A stretch of DNA of 64,000 nt from contig CALIUM010000005.1 of assembly GCA_938048735.1 (NCBI GenBank), forward strand, positions 5,525 to 69,524, written 5' to 3'. The notes beneath the pieces are model-generated. The model saw only the letters and a list, made by a program, of their open reading frames with translations, was not told the DNA's origin and did not search any database. Positions 48,929 through 57,772 of this stretch are shown piece after piece. Every line of letters begins with the position of its first letter. Positions within the stretch are counted from its first letter, which is position 1. The translations under genes were made by a program, and so were the position numbers. Source of the stretch: an uncultured archaeon. GTDB taxonomy: Archaea; Thermoproteota; Bathyarchaeia; TCS64.

Positions 48929-49336
48929 ATGTCCACCAGGTTGAGGAGATTTCTCAGGAGATCCAGGTGGAGGCCCGGAACCACAGAAACCCTGATCGCC
49001 GTACTAGTGGTGGCCTTCACGGCCTTCATAGCGGGAGGGGGAATCTACAACATAATCGATAAGCCTCCAACCATCATAGGTTTTTCAGGGGGCTATGTGG
49101 CCGTTAGGGGATTGCGGGACGAGCAGACCCTCATGGAGAGCGCCCTCAGCATGCTCTTCCTGATCCTGACCTTCATTGGGCTCCTGACCTCCTATAGGAG
49201 CACCCGGGTCGTATATGATATGAGGAGGGCCTCCATGACCCTATTCCTTGGCATCGCCCTGATCGCCCTAGGCCTCTCAGGGAGCTTCTACCTCCTGAGC
49301 CTGAAGCAGATGGTCTTAAGGCAGCTTGGATATTGA
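48929..49336 (+). CDS. membrane protein (hypothetical, ~3 TM)
   Basis: 135 aa with a basic N-terminus followed by hydrophobic helices. Confidence 0.4.
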   Translation: MSTRLRRFLRRSRWRPGTTETLIAVLVVAFTAFIAGGGIYNIIDKPPTIIGFSGGYVAVRGLRDEQTLMESALSMLFLILTFIGLLTSYRSTRVVYDMRRASMTLFLGIALIALGLSGSFYLLSLKQMVLRQLGY

Positions 49337-49376
49337 GAAAATTATGTAGCTAATAGTAGTTGAACGGTGGGATGGG

Positions 49377-50279
49377 TTGAAGAGGGTAGGTTTCATAGGT
49401 CTGGGGATTATGGGGAGCGGGATGTCCATGAACATCCTGAGAGCTGGATTCCCAATAACAGTCTGGAACAGAACCCCTTCAAAGATGAGGCCCCTTATAG
49501 AGGCTGGAGCCTCAGGCGCATCATCGCCTAAGGAGGTGGCTGAGCGCTCAGATGTCATCATCGACATAGTCACAGACTCACCGGACGTCGAGGAGGTCAT
49601 CCTAGGCCCTAATGGGGTTATCCATGGAGCTAGGCCGGGATCCATAGTAGTTGACATGAGTACAATCTCCCCGATTGTGACGAGGCGTATAGCCTCGGAG
49701 CTCGAGAAGAGGGGGGTGAGGATGCTCGACGCCCCTGTGAGCGGTGGGGATATAGGAGCTAGGGAGGGGACCCTGAGCATAATGGTCGGCGGGGATGAGG
49801 ATGCCTTCCAGGAGTGCCTCCCCATATTCAAAGCCATGGGGAAGACCATAATCTACGTGGGGGATCATGGAATGGGACAGATGGTCAAGCTCTGCAACCA
49901 GATCCTGGTTGGGATAAACATGCTAGGGGTGGCCGAGGCCCTGATGTTCGCATCCAAGGCTGGAGTCGACCTTGAGAGAGCCTTCACAGCCATATCTGGA
50001 GGTGCGGCGAGCAGCTGGCAGCTCATAAATAATGGGGCCAAGCTACTGAAGGGCGACTTGGAGCCCGGATTCAAGGTGAGCCACTACCTAAAGGATCTCA
50101 GGCTGATAATGGAGGCCTCAGCTGAGATGAAGCTCCCCATGCTCGGAACAGGACTGGTATACCAGCTCTTCAGGGCGTTGGACGCGGAGGGGTTGGGGGA
50201 GAAGGGAACCCAGGCCATCATTAGGGTGATAGAGAAGCTCGCGGGATGCAGCCTTCTGAATGAGAAGACCAAAATTTGA
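49377..50279 (+). CDS. NAD-dependent beta-hydroxyacid dehydrogenase (3-hydroxyisobutyrate dehydrogenase family)
   Basis: Rossmann motif GFIGLGIMGSGMSMN and family-typical DAPVSGG, 300 aa. Confidence 0.8.
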   Translation: MKRVGFIGLGIMGSGMSMNILRAGFPITVWNRTPSKMRPLIEAGASGASSPKEVAERSDVIIDIVTDSPDVEEVILGPNGVIHGARPGSIVVDMSTISPIVTRRIASELEKRGVRMLDAPVSGGDIGAREGTLSIMVGGDEDAFQECLPIFKAMGKTIIYVGDHGMGQMVKLCNQILVGINMLGVAEALMFASKAGVDLERAFTAISGGAASSWQLINNGAKLLKGDLEPGFKVSHYLKDLRLIMEASAEMKLPMLGTGLVYQLFRALDAEGLGEKGTQAIIRVIEKLAGCSLLNEKTKI

Positions 50280-50294
50280 TGAGCATGTTTTTAA

Positions 50295-51011
50295 TCATCC
50301 TAGGAGATTCCCTTTAACCGATCCCTCCAGCCTTCTAACGCCCTCTTGGGTGCCTATGTACGCGAGGTCTATCAGGTCTATGAAGAGCCCCGTCTCCAAT
50401 ACCCCTGGGATCGCCTTAAGGCTCCATTCAAGCCTCCTTGGATCGCTCACTTCATCGAAGCTGACATCGATGATGAGGTTTCCATTATCGGTCACCACGG
50501 GGCCCAATTTCCCGGTTCCCGTTCTAATCCTAGGCTTGGCTCCCATCTTCAAAAGCCTCATGTATACCGGTCTAACGGCGAAGGGGTGAACCTCAACGGG
50601 GACTGGGCAGTCGACCCCGAGCCTCTCAGTTAGCTTCGTCTCATCGGCTACGACTATCACCAGCCTTGAGGAGGAGGCCACGACCTTCTCCCTTAAAAGG
50701 GCTCCTCCGCCACCCTTGATCGCCCTCAGCTCATGGTCTATCTGGTCGGCTCCATCGATCAAGAGATCTAACTCTGGATGCTCGTCTAGGGTTGTCAACG
50801 GGATCCCGGAGGAGATCGCCTCCTGAGCAGCCTGGAGGCTTGTTGGAACCCCTAAAACGTCTCTGAGCTCTCCAGCTTTCAACCGCGCCCCAATCAACCT
50901 TATCGCCAACGCTGCCGTTGTTCCACTCCCCAAGCCTATGACAAAGCCGCTCTCAACATGTTCAACGGCCCTCTCAGATGCCTGCCTCTTCATGATCTCC
51001 CTTCGATCCAC
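50295..51011 (-). CDS. rpiA: ribose-5-phosphate isomerase A
   Basis: Motifs GLGSGTTA, DGADQID and KGGGGALLREK, 238 aa. Confidence 0.85.
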   Translation of the reverse strand: MDRREIMKRQASERAVEHVESGFVIGLGSGTTAALAIRLIGARLKAGELRDVLGVPTSLQAAQEAISSGIPLTTLDEHPELDLLIDGADQIDHELRAIKGGGGALLREKVVASSSRLVIVVADETKLTERLGVDCPVPVEVHPFAVRPVYMRLLKMGAKPRIRTGTGKLGPVVTDNGNLIIDVSFDEVSDPRRLEWSLKAIPGVLETGLFIDLIDLAYIGTQEGVRRLEGSVKGNLLG

Positions 51012-51018
51012 AGCCTCA

Positions 51019-51771
51019 TCAGGCCTCTATCTCCAGCTTTTCTAGCTCCTCAAGCTCTTTAAGTACCTCCCTCCTGAGCTGCTCCAGCTTCTCATCGATC
51101 TCAGACCTCTTAGGAGCCTTAGGCTTCTCGACCTCCCCCTCCTTGGCCTCTCTCTCAGCCTCCTCTTTGCCCTCCTCCTTGACCCTTCTCCTCTTCTTCT
51201 CCAACTCAGGCTGAGCCTCTGGCTGAGCCTTCAACTCACCTATATTCAACTCCTTCAGGATGGAATCTATCTTCCTCTGGGTGTTGTTCAAGGTCGCCTC
51301 AAATTTTTTGATTATCTCATTCCTTATGTTCTCAAGCTCGTGGAGGGTCAATATCAACTCTGATCGCTTGATCTCCTCTGCAACCCTCTTCATCTCATCC
51401 TCATAATCCTTTGAGATCCTTATCCGCTCCTCCCGGGTTATCTCCCCGAGGTCCTCCGCCTCGAATAGTCTCTTCAGGGCCATGCTTAGAAGCTCCCTTC
51501 TCAGGGTGAGGATCCTGATCTCACTCCTAGCCTTCTCTACCTGGCCTGGCTGTATATACCTCGCAGTATCGGGTGCTTGACGCCCTTCCCCAGAGGGGGC
51601 CAAGGCCTTGTCAACCTCGGCCACCGGGGCCTTCTCCACCCCAGGCACTTCAATTTCCTTATTCGCCCCTCTCCCCCCCTTCGTAGCCCTCACAAAGAGG
51701 TATATAGCCAATACGGCCACGGCGATGGCGCCAACTCCAACCATCAGCTCCGCTGAAATAGGAGCCTCCAT
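51019..51771 (-). CDS. membrane-anchored coiled-coil protein (hypothetical)
   Basis: One N-terminal TM helix followed by a ~200 aa charged, heptad-rich sequence, 250 aa. Confidence 0.45.
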   Translation of the reverse strand: MEAPISAELMVGVGAIAVAVLAIYLFVRATKGGRGANKEIEVPGVEKAPVAEVDKALAPSGEGRQAPDTARYIQPGQVEKARSEIRILTLRRELLSMALKRLFEAEDLGEITREERIRISKDYEDEMKRVAEEIKRSELILTLHELENIRNEIIKKFEATLNNTQRKIDSILKELNIGELKAQPEAQPELEKKRRRVKEEGKEEAEREAKEGEVEKPKAPKRSEIDEKLEQLRREVLKELEELEKLEIEA

Positions 51772-51892
51772 CCCCTAATCCAACAATAATAATAATCTAT
51801 GCTATTTAAGCCTGAGCTTGAATACCCAGTTGAAGTGCACCCCCACAAATAGAGAGGTCTTAGGACGGTTACATATGTATCCATGTAGGGGG

Positions 51893-52495
51893 CTATGTGG
51901 ATTCTGCTGTTTTCGGGGTTTCTGAAAGGTTTATGACGATGTCCATCTTGCTAAGGAGAAGATCCATGAGATACCTTTCGACCTTGGAGACCCCCGTTCC
52001 ATAATCGAAAGAGAGAGAGCCTCCATAATAACCATTTCCTATGAAGGTCTTTGATGCCTCTAATACCTCAAATACTGCCTTGTAGCATCCAGACTGGAAA
52101 TATATCGAGACATCATTAATGAACAATATAGGGGTAGGATCATCTAGAAATTCTCTCAGAAGGGGCTCTATGAATTTCCTATTGGCCTCAACCATAAGCA
52201 GCAGCTGGCCCGGTGATGTGGCTGAGAGTCTAGGAGCCATGACCATGCTGGGTTGGAGGTATCTAATCCCTCCAGGCAGCTTCATCATCTCAGCTATACA
52301 TCCACCGATTCTCCTCCCACCATACACCATGGTTCTAGGCGCCATATCTATTATTGTGATGTCCCTCGAATAGCCTCTGGCTAAGGCGTCACCCAGGATC
52401 CTGATGGTCATCCCTGTCTTTCCAACTCCGACATCTCCAACTATGAGAGTCCTCTTCAAAATATAATCCTTGAATTTACTACTTAAAGTCAACAT
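51893..52495 (-). CDS. P-loop NTPase (uncharacterised; distant GPN-loop/ParA-like similarity)
   Basis: Walker A IVGDVGVGKTGMT near the N-terminus and a Walker B-like IIDMAP, 200 aa. Confidence 0.5.
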   Translation of the reverse strand: MLTLSSKFKDYILKRTLIVGDVGVGKTGMTIRILGDALARGYSRDITIIDMAPRTMVYGGRRIGGCIAEMMKLPGGIRYLQPSMVMAPRLSATSPGQLLLMVEANRKFIEPLLREFLDDPTPILFINDVSIYFQSGCYKAVFEVLEASKTFIGNGYYGGSLSFDYGTGVSKVERYLMDLLLSKMDIVINLSETPKTAEST

Positions 52496-52658
52496 TTAGC
52501 CCACCTATTCAAGGCCAGCCAATAACTATTTAATGTTATCCAATCTTTCCTCCATAAATTAAGTATCATTTGAAGATGTCATCGTATAACTTGAAATAAT
52601 AATTAAGTCCAGAGTCTTGACACTCCCATGGCTTAAGCCTGTGGGATTCTCGGTTTTT

Positions 52659-52847
52659 CTAGGCATGACCTTTCATCATACCGAACTCGGGCTGTGTCAA
52701 ATCAGCCCCTGCTATGGACGTATAGCCCATAGCCCGCTTAAGGATGTTCAAGGCTCCGTTATAGTCCGCATGACATGAGTAGCCGCAGTTTAAGCATCTA
52801 AAGGAGCCTCCGACTCGAAGCCCCTCATACCCGCTGATCCTCGCCAT
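52659..52847 (-). pseudogene. C-terminal remnant of an IS200/IS605-family TnpB (OrfB) transposase-associated nuclease
   Basis: 62 aa with the TnpB zinc-finger/RuvC-III signature FRCLNCGYSCHADYNGALNIL. An in-frame stop lies immediately upstream and no N-terminal part is detectable. Confidence 0.5.
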
Positions 52848-53156
52848 TTTATCATAAACTCATGACTTTTGCTTAAGCATTTATTAGAAGACTGAGCTTG
52901 TAGCGATTAACAGGGAGGCCCTCTGGAGGGATCCACTCCTTGTTTAGAGGGTCAAGCCATAGATGCATACCTAAGCCTATGTCGTCAATGTTTTCGGGCT
53001 TAATCTTTATTTGGTTCGGGAATGTTTCCCCCGTTGTCGAACCCAGATTAAGTATATGGCTCGCAGATCCATACAAGTTACATTCCTTCAACTATTCATA
53101 TGTTATAACGAAAAGGTTATATATTAACATATATTAACATTTTTGGAGAAATAACA

Positions 53157-53435
53157 ATGTCTGATGATGATATTGCCTTAAAAGAGGCTGTGGAAGAGGC
53201 GTTACGTGGCGTTCTAGATCCCGAGCTTGGGGCTAGCTTGATGGATTTGGGGATGATCAAAAGTGTAACTGTTAAGGATGGTATCGCGACAATCGAGATG
53301 ATGTTGACAACACCCTTCTGCCCGCTAGCGATGCAATTAACATCCGATGTGATGAGGGCTGCTGAGGGAGTTAAAGGTATAGTGAGGGCGGAGGTCAAAA
53401 TCGTAGAGTTCGGCTTTTCTCCTTTTCAAAGATAG
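53157..53435 (+). CDS. DUF59/MIP18-family Fe-S cluster assembly protein (SufT-like)
   Basis: 92 aa. The motif DPELGxSLxDLGMI...TPFCP is characteristic of DUF59. Confidence 0.6.
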   Translation: MSDDDIALKEAVEEALRGVLDPELGASLMDLGMIKSVTVKDGIATIEMMLTTPFCPLAMQLTSDVMRAAEGVKGIVRAEVKIVEFGFSPFQR

Positions 53436-54207
53436 TATTGACGTTTCGGAAAATGCTGTTAGTTCCAGGAACGCGCGTTAAAAAAGGGGATCATCTGCAT
53501 GGAATGAAAGATGTACAAATAATATGTAACAGGTTAGAATTACAGAATAAAATTATTCTGGGTTTTGGTGTAGGGGATGGTAGTTCAAGTTTTCTTCTTC
53601 TTAACGGAAAAGGGGTCTTTTGATATCTCTTGATCATGATATAAAAATACCCTAAAAGGGTTGAAATGGGAAACGATACTAAAAGGTCATGCTAATTCAG
53701 AGGATGGAAGGTATTTCTTTCAAAAGAGATTCGTTGGATATGGTTTTTCCCAGATATTTTATGCATTGTGTTGTGGCTTATGTTAGATATTTTCAGGAGT
53801 TGGAGCGAGTCATCGATCCGGAAGCGGAAATCGTATTAATAGACCTTTGTCTTAATGGTAAAAGATTTTTGGACAAGGGTCATTTTGGCAAGACTTCATC
53901 CATATTGTGTTGTGGCATACTCCCAAGATATTAACTAATATATAAAATTAATTGGGATCGAAATTCGTCATTAAAGTCGTTTAAAGCTAAATACTATATC
54001 AAACCATAAGCTTAAGAGTTATATTCATAACAAATTGAAATTCATTATTAAAAGAAAATGTTAACATAATAAAAGGAAAAAGAAACTTCTATATTTTATA
54101 TATCAATCATTAAGATAAGTGAAGTAGAAAAGTCAAAATGAGAACAAGAAAGAGGTGTCACGAAACTGTCAAGTGTGATGCCAAAAGAACTTGCTCTCTA
54201 ACAAAGT

Positions 54208-55233
54208 TTATGAGCCCTTTGAACTTGTAAAGCGATGCTTTGTTTTCGCCGCTATCTTTACGAACGCTAGCATGGATGGCACCTCCCAGAGTGGACCTAC
54301 TGCCGTGGCAAGAGCTGCGCCTGAGCCCACACCGAAGACTGTTATGGCCGTGGCGATCGCGACTTCAAATTGTGTTCCTGAGCTGATGAAGGCGATGGTT
54401 ACGGCATCTCTATATTGGAAACCGAGAAACCAGGGTATGATGTAAAAAAGCGAAGCCATTAGGAAGAAGTGAGCTAGTAAAGGAGCCGATATCAAGCCAA
54501 CCAAAAGGGGCTGCTCTGCAATTATCTCACCCTTTAAAGAAAATAGAACTATAATGGTTACAAGTAGCGCTACGACTGCTATATTACCTATAATCGGTTG
54601 AAACCTTACTTTAAACCAGATTTCTCCCCTCTTCTTAAATAAAATCCATCTTGTAGTCTGACCTAAGGCTAACGGCAAACCGACAAAGAGAATGACGCTT
54701 TTAGCTATAGGATCTATAGGAATTGGAATGCCGCCTACACCCAAGTATAAGGCTGCTAAGGGAGTGTAAAGTATGAGCGTTGACAAGGCGTTGATGGCGG
54801 TAATTACTACACCTTTGGCGACATCCCCTCCAGCCAGAAGGATCCAGAATAGGACCATGCCTGTGCAAGGCGCTATACCGAGGAGGATTACGCCAGCTGT
54901 AAACTGAGGATAGCTGTTAAGGAAGAGGCGGGCGAGGAGTGTCATGAGGGCTGGAGCCACCACCCAGTTGCCAACCAACGTGAGGATTGCTGGTTTAGGA
55001 GACTTGGCTGCTTTAACCAATTCCTTAAATTCTATGCTCGCCATGGTGGGATACATTATGAAAAAAAGAGCAACACCCATTGGAATCGAGATACCGCTAA
55101 CTTGAAGCTGTTCAATCCATACACCCAACATTGGGGCGAGCTTCCCTAGAAGGAGGCCCAAGACCATTGACATGATAACCCATACAGTCGTGTACTTCTC
55201 TAATTTCCCAAGGGTTGGACGGGACTGCATCAA
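54208..55233 (-). CDS. arsB: arsenite efflux transporter ACR3
   Basis: 10-TM BART-fold permease with the ACR3 conserved LGIAPCTGMV cysteine motif, 341 aa. Confidence 0.8.
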   Translation of the reverse strand: MMQSRPTLGKLEKYTTVWVIMSMVLGLLLGKLAPMLGVWIEQLQVSGISIPMGVALFFIMYPTMASIEFKELVKAAKSPKPAILTLVGNWVVAPALMTLLARLFLNSYPQFTAGVILLGIAPCTGMVLFWILLAGGDVAKGVVITAINALSTLILYTPLAALYLGVGGIPIPIDPIAKSVILFVGLPLALGQTTRWILFKKRGEIWFKVRFQPIIGNIAVVALLVTIIVLFSLKGEIIAEQPLLVGLISAPLLAHFFLMASLFYIIPWFLGFQYRDAVTIAFISSGTQFEVAIATAITVFGVGSGAALATAVGPLWEVPSMLAFVKIAAKTKHRFTSSKGS

Positions 55234-55329
55234 GCCTGTGCCTTCACTCTCTTTTATTTTCCACTAGCTAAAGTAGGATTTTTATGAGATCATATGCATA
55301 AAGGGCGGTTTTTATATTTATTTATTAAA

Positions 55330-55402
55330 AGCCCCGGGCGGGATTCGAACCCGCGGCCAACAACTTACGAGGCTGCCGCTCTGGCCACTGAGCTACCGGG
55401 GC
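55330..55402 (-). tRNA. tRNA-Thr (anticodon CGU)
   Basis: Acceptor GCCCCGG/CCGGGGC, D-arm GCUC-AGUGGCCA-GAGC, anticodon loop CUCGUAA, T-arm GCGGG-UUCGAAU-CCCGC, discriminator U, 73 nt. Confidence 0.85.
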
Positions 55403-55478
55403 CCTCAACTATTCCTGGGGATAAGCCCATCTTTAAGAATATATCGCGGCCTTGAGGGGTGTGGGTCCGCGTTTTGGG

Positions 55479-56639
55479 CTATGGCGCTGGTTCCGATGCT
55501 ATGACCCCAGCCAGCTCTAGCTCCCTGATCCTCTCCTCCGTATAGCCCAGAAGGCCCATGAGGATCTCCCTGTTATGCTGCCCTAATAGGGGTGCTGCTG
55601 TGACCACCTTAGCGGGGGTCTCGGAGAACTTGACGGGGAAGTTTGGAACCTTGACCCTGCCAGCCTTCGGGTGCTCAAGCTCGATGAACATCCCTCTAGC
55701 TATCAGGTGGGTGTCCTTCACCACCTCGTCGACGTGGTATACCGGTGCCACTGGGACATCTGCTTTCACGAATAGCTCTACGGCCTCGTCCCTGGTCATC
55801 TCGGCAACCCTCCTCTCCACATCCTCCTTGCTTATCTCCTCAGCTCCAAGGCATCTCTTCAGGTTGTCTATGGAGGAGGGGGAGAAGGCCGCCAGCCTTA
55901 TCCAGCCCCCGTCCTTCGTCCTCATAAGCCCCCCCACACCCCTCGTCGCCGGATACTTGCTCCTCAGCTCCCACGGCTTCATTCCCGAGAGAGTGTAGCA
56001 AGTGATACCGGTGTTAAGGGCGACCATGCAGTCCAGTTGAGATACGTCGATCATCTGGCCCTTCCCGGTCTTGTCTCTATACCTGATGGCTGCTATTATG
56101 CTCATAGCTGCGAAGAGGGCAGGCCCCAGGTCACCATAGGCCTGGGCCATCTCTATGGGAGGCCCGTTAGGGTCAACGCCGTCACCCGTCAGCCTCGTGT
56201 GACCGCTCATAGCCTCCGCGATCATGGCGTATGACCCCCTCTTCATATAGGGGCCGTACTGGCCGAAGCCGGATAGGGCTGCATAGATGATGCGAGGGTT
56301 GAGCTCCCTTAAGACTTCGTATCCGAGACCCAACCTCTCCATCGTCCCTGGGCTGAAGTTCTGAACGACCACGTCGGATATCTTTACCAGCTCCTTGAAT
56401 ATGGCCACCCCCTCCGGGCTCTTCAGGTTGAGGGTCAGGTCCTTCTTGTTGAGGTTCAGGTGGTGGAAGGTGTAGGTCACCCCACCGAAGAGGGCTCCCT
56501 CCGCCACCCTATCTATAGCCCCCCATGGGGGCTCGATCCTTATGACCTCCGCCCCTAGGTCGGCCAGCATCATGGTGCAGAAGGGGCCGAACCATACGTG
56601 GGTCAGATCCAGAACCCTGATGTCGTCGAGGATCCCCAT
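55479..56639 (-). CDS. CoA-transferase family III (CaiB/BaiF; formyl-CoA transferase-like)
   Basis: N-terminus GxRVLDLTHVWFGPFCTMMLADLGAEVIRIE is typical of family III CoA-transferases, 386 aa. Confidence 0.8.
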   Translation of the reverse strand: MGILDDIRVLDLTHVWFGPFCTMMLADLGAEVIRIEPPWGAIDRVAEGALFGGVTYTFHHLNLNKKDLTLNLKSPEGVAIFKELVKISDVVVQNFSPGTMERLGLGYEVLRELNPRIIYAALSGFGQYGPYMKRGSYAMIAEAMSGHTRLTGDGVDPNGPPIEMAQAYGDLGPALFAAMSIIAAIRYRDKTGKGQMIDVSQLDCMVALNTGITCYTLSGMKPWELRSKYPATRGVGGLMRTKDGGWIRLAAFSPSSIDNLKRCLGAEEISKEDVERRVAEMTRDEAVELFVKADVPVAPVYHVDEVVKDTHLIARGMFIELEHPKAGRVKVPNFPVKFSETPAKVVTAAPLLGQHNREILMGLLGYTEERIRELELAGVIASEPAP

Positions 56640-56719
56640 CGAACCACCACTTGCGGAATCCTTTTGGAATCCTCATACCCATATAAGACCCTTTTTATCG
56701 ACCTCCCACCAGTCTGATA

Positions 56720-57724
56720 GTGGGCTTTATGGTTACTGTTAGGGATGTTGGGGAGAGGAGGCTTATAGAGCTCATGATGGGGGTTCTAACCCCGATGCCC
56801 TCGGCCCCTATCCCCTTCTGGGATGATGTATCCGGATGGGGGCTTGGAGATGGGAGGGTCGCCGTCCTGAAGACGGACATGCTGGTATGGAGGACGGATG
56901 TGCCCAGGGGGATGACCCCCTTCCAGGCTGCTAGGAAGGCGGTGGTTATGAACTTCAGCGACCTCGCCTCTAAAGGGGTTAAACCCCTAGCCTTCATGGC
57001 CTCCCTCGGCATACCCTCGAACATGGAGGTGGAGGCGGTTCTTGATATGGCTAGGGGGTTCGACTCCGGCTCTAGGGAGTATGGGGCCTATATGGTCGGG
57101 GGGGACACGAACGAGGCTGGGGAGGTTGTGATAGGGGGGGTGGCCTTCGGCCTAGCTGATGAGAAGACTATAATGAGGAGGGATGGAGCCAGGCCCGGTG
57201 ACATCCTAGCTACAACTGGAAGCTTCGGAAGGACGGCTGCGGCCTTCAAGGTCCTAATAGATGGGTATGAGGCGCCGAAGGGGATAATGGACTCCATTTT
57301 AGAATCTGTCTATATGCCCAAGGCCAGGGTCTCAGAGGGGCTAGCCTTGGCTGAGACCGGTGCCGTCTCGGCCTCTATGGACTCGAGCGACGGGCTTGCG
57401 ATGAGCCTCTACGACCTCTCCAGGAGCAGCCATGTCGGATTCAGGATAGATAGACTACCGGCCTCCCCTGAGGCTAGGGAGTTTGGAGAGGCCTGCGGGA
57501 TAGAACTTGAGGAGCTCATATTCTACGGTGGAGAGGAATATGAACTGGTCTTCACTCTCAAGCCTGAACTTGTGGATTCTGCTAGAAATGCTCTGAGAAG
57601 AGTTAATTGTGAGATGATAGAATTTGGAGAGGTCATTGATGAGATTAAAATAACCTATATGCATGATGGGGAAGAAAAGCCCATAAAGCCCCTTGGATGG
57701 AATCACTTTAGAACTATGGATTAA
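56720..57724 (+). CDS. thiL: AIR-synthase-related (PurM-like) protein, probable thiamine-monophosphate kinase
   Basis: PurM-like N-domain (DDVSGW, GGDTNEAG) and C-domain, 334 aa. ThiL is preferred over HypE/SelD on size and motifs. Confidence 0.55.
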   Translation: MGFMVTVRDVGERRLIELMMGVLTPMPSAPIPFWDDVSGWGLGDGRVAVLKTDMLVWRTDVPRGMTPFQAARKAVVMNFSDLASKGVKPLAFMASLGIPSNMEVEAVLDMARGFDSGSREYGAYMVGGDTNEAGEVVIGGVAFGLADEKTIMRRDGARPGDILATTGSFGRTAAAFKVLIDGYEAPKGIMDSILESVYMPKARVSEGLALAETGAVSASMDSSDGLAMSLYDLSRSSHVGFRIDRLPASPEAREFGEACGIELEELIFYGGEEYELVFTLKPELVDSARNALRRVNCEMIEFGEVIDEIKITYMHDGEEKPIKPLGWNHFRTMD

Positions 57725-57772
57725 CTTTATTTTTTATCTCAGTAGCCTAACTCAGAGGGTCTAGATAACGTT

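Noticed and set aside
53030-53056. Weak similarity (ccccg…tcgaaccc) to the tRNA-Thr 3' end, considered as an att repeat for the ACR3 region
   Set aside because: Only ~13 matching bases with a gap, far weaker than the tRNA-Leu repeat at 43.36 kb and not convincing.
52873-53091. 72 aa ORF upstream of the TnpB remnant considered as the missing TnpB N-terminal part
   Set aside because: Its sequence shows none of the TnpB RuvC-I/II or helical-bundle motifs, so it is probably a chance ORF in AT-rich DNA.
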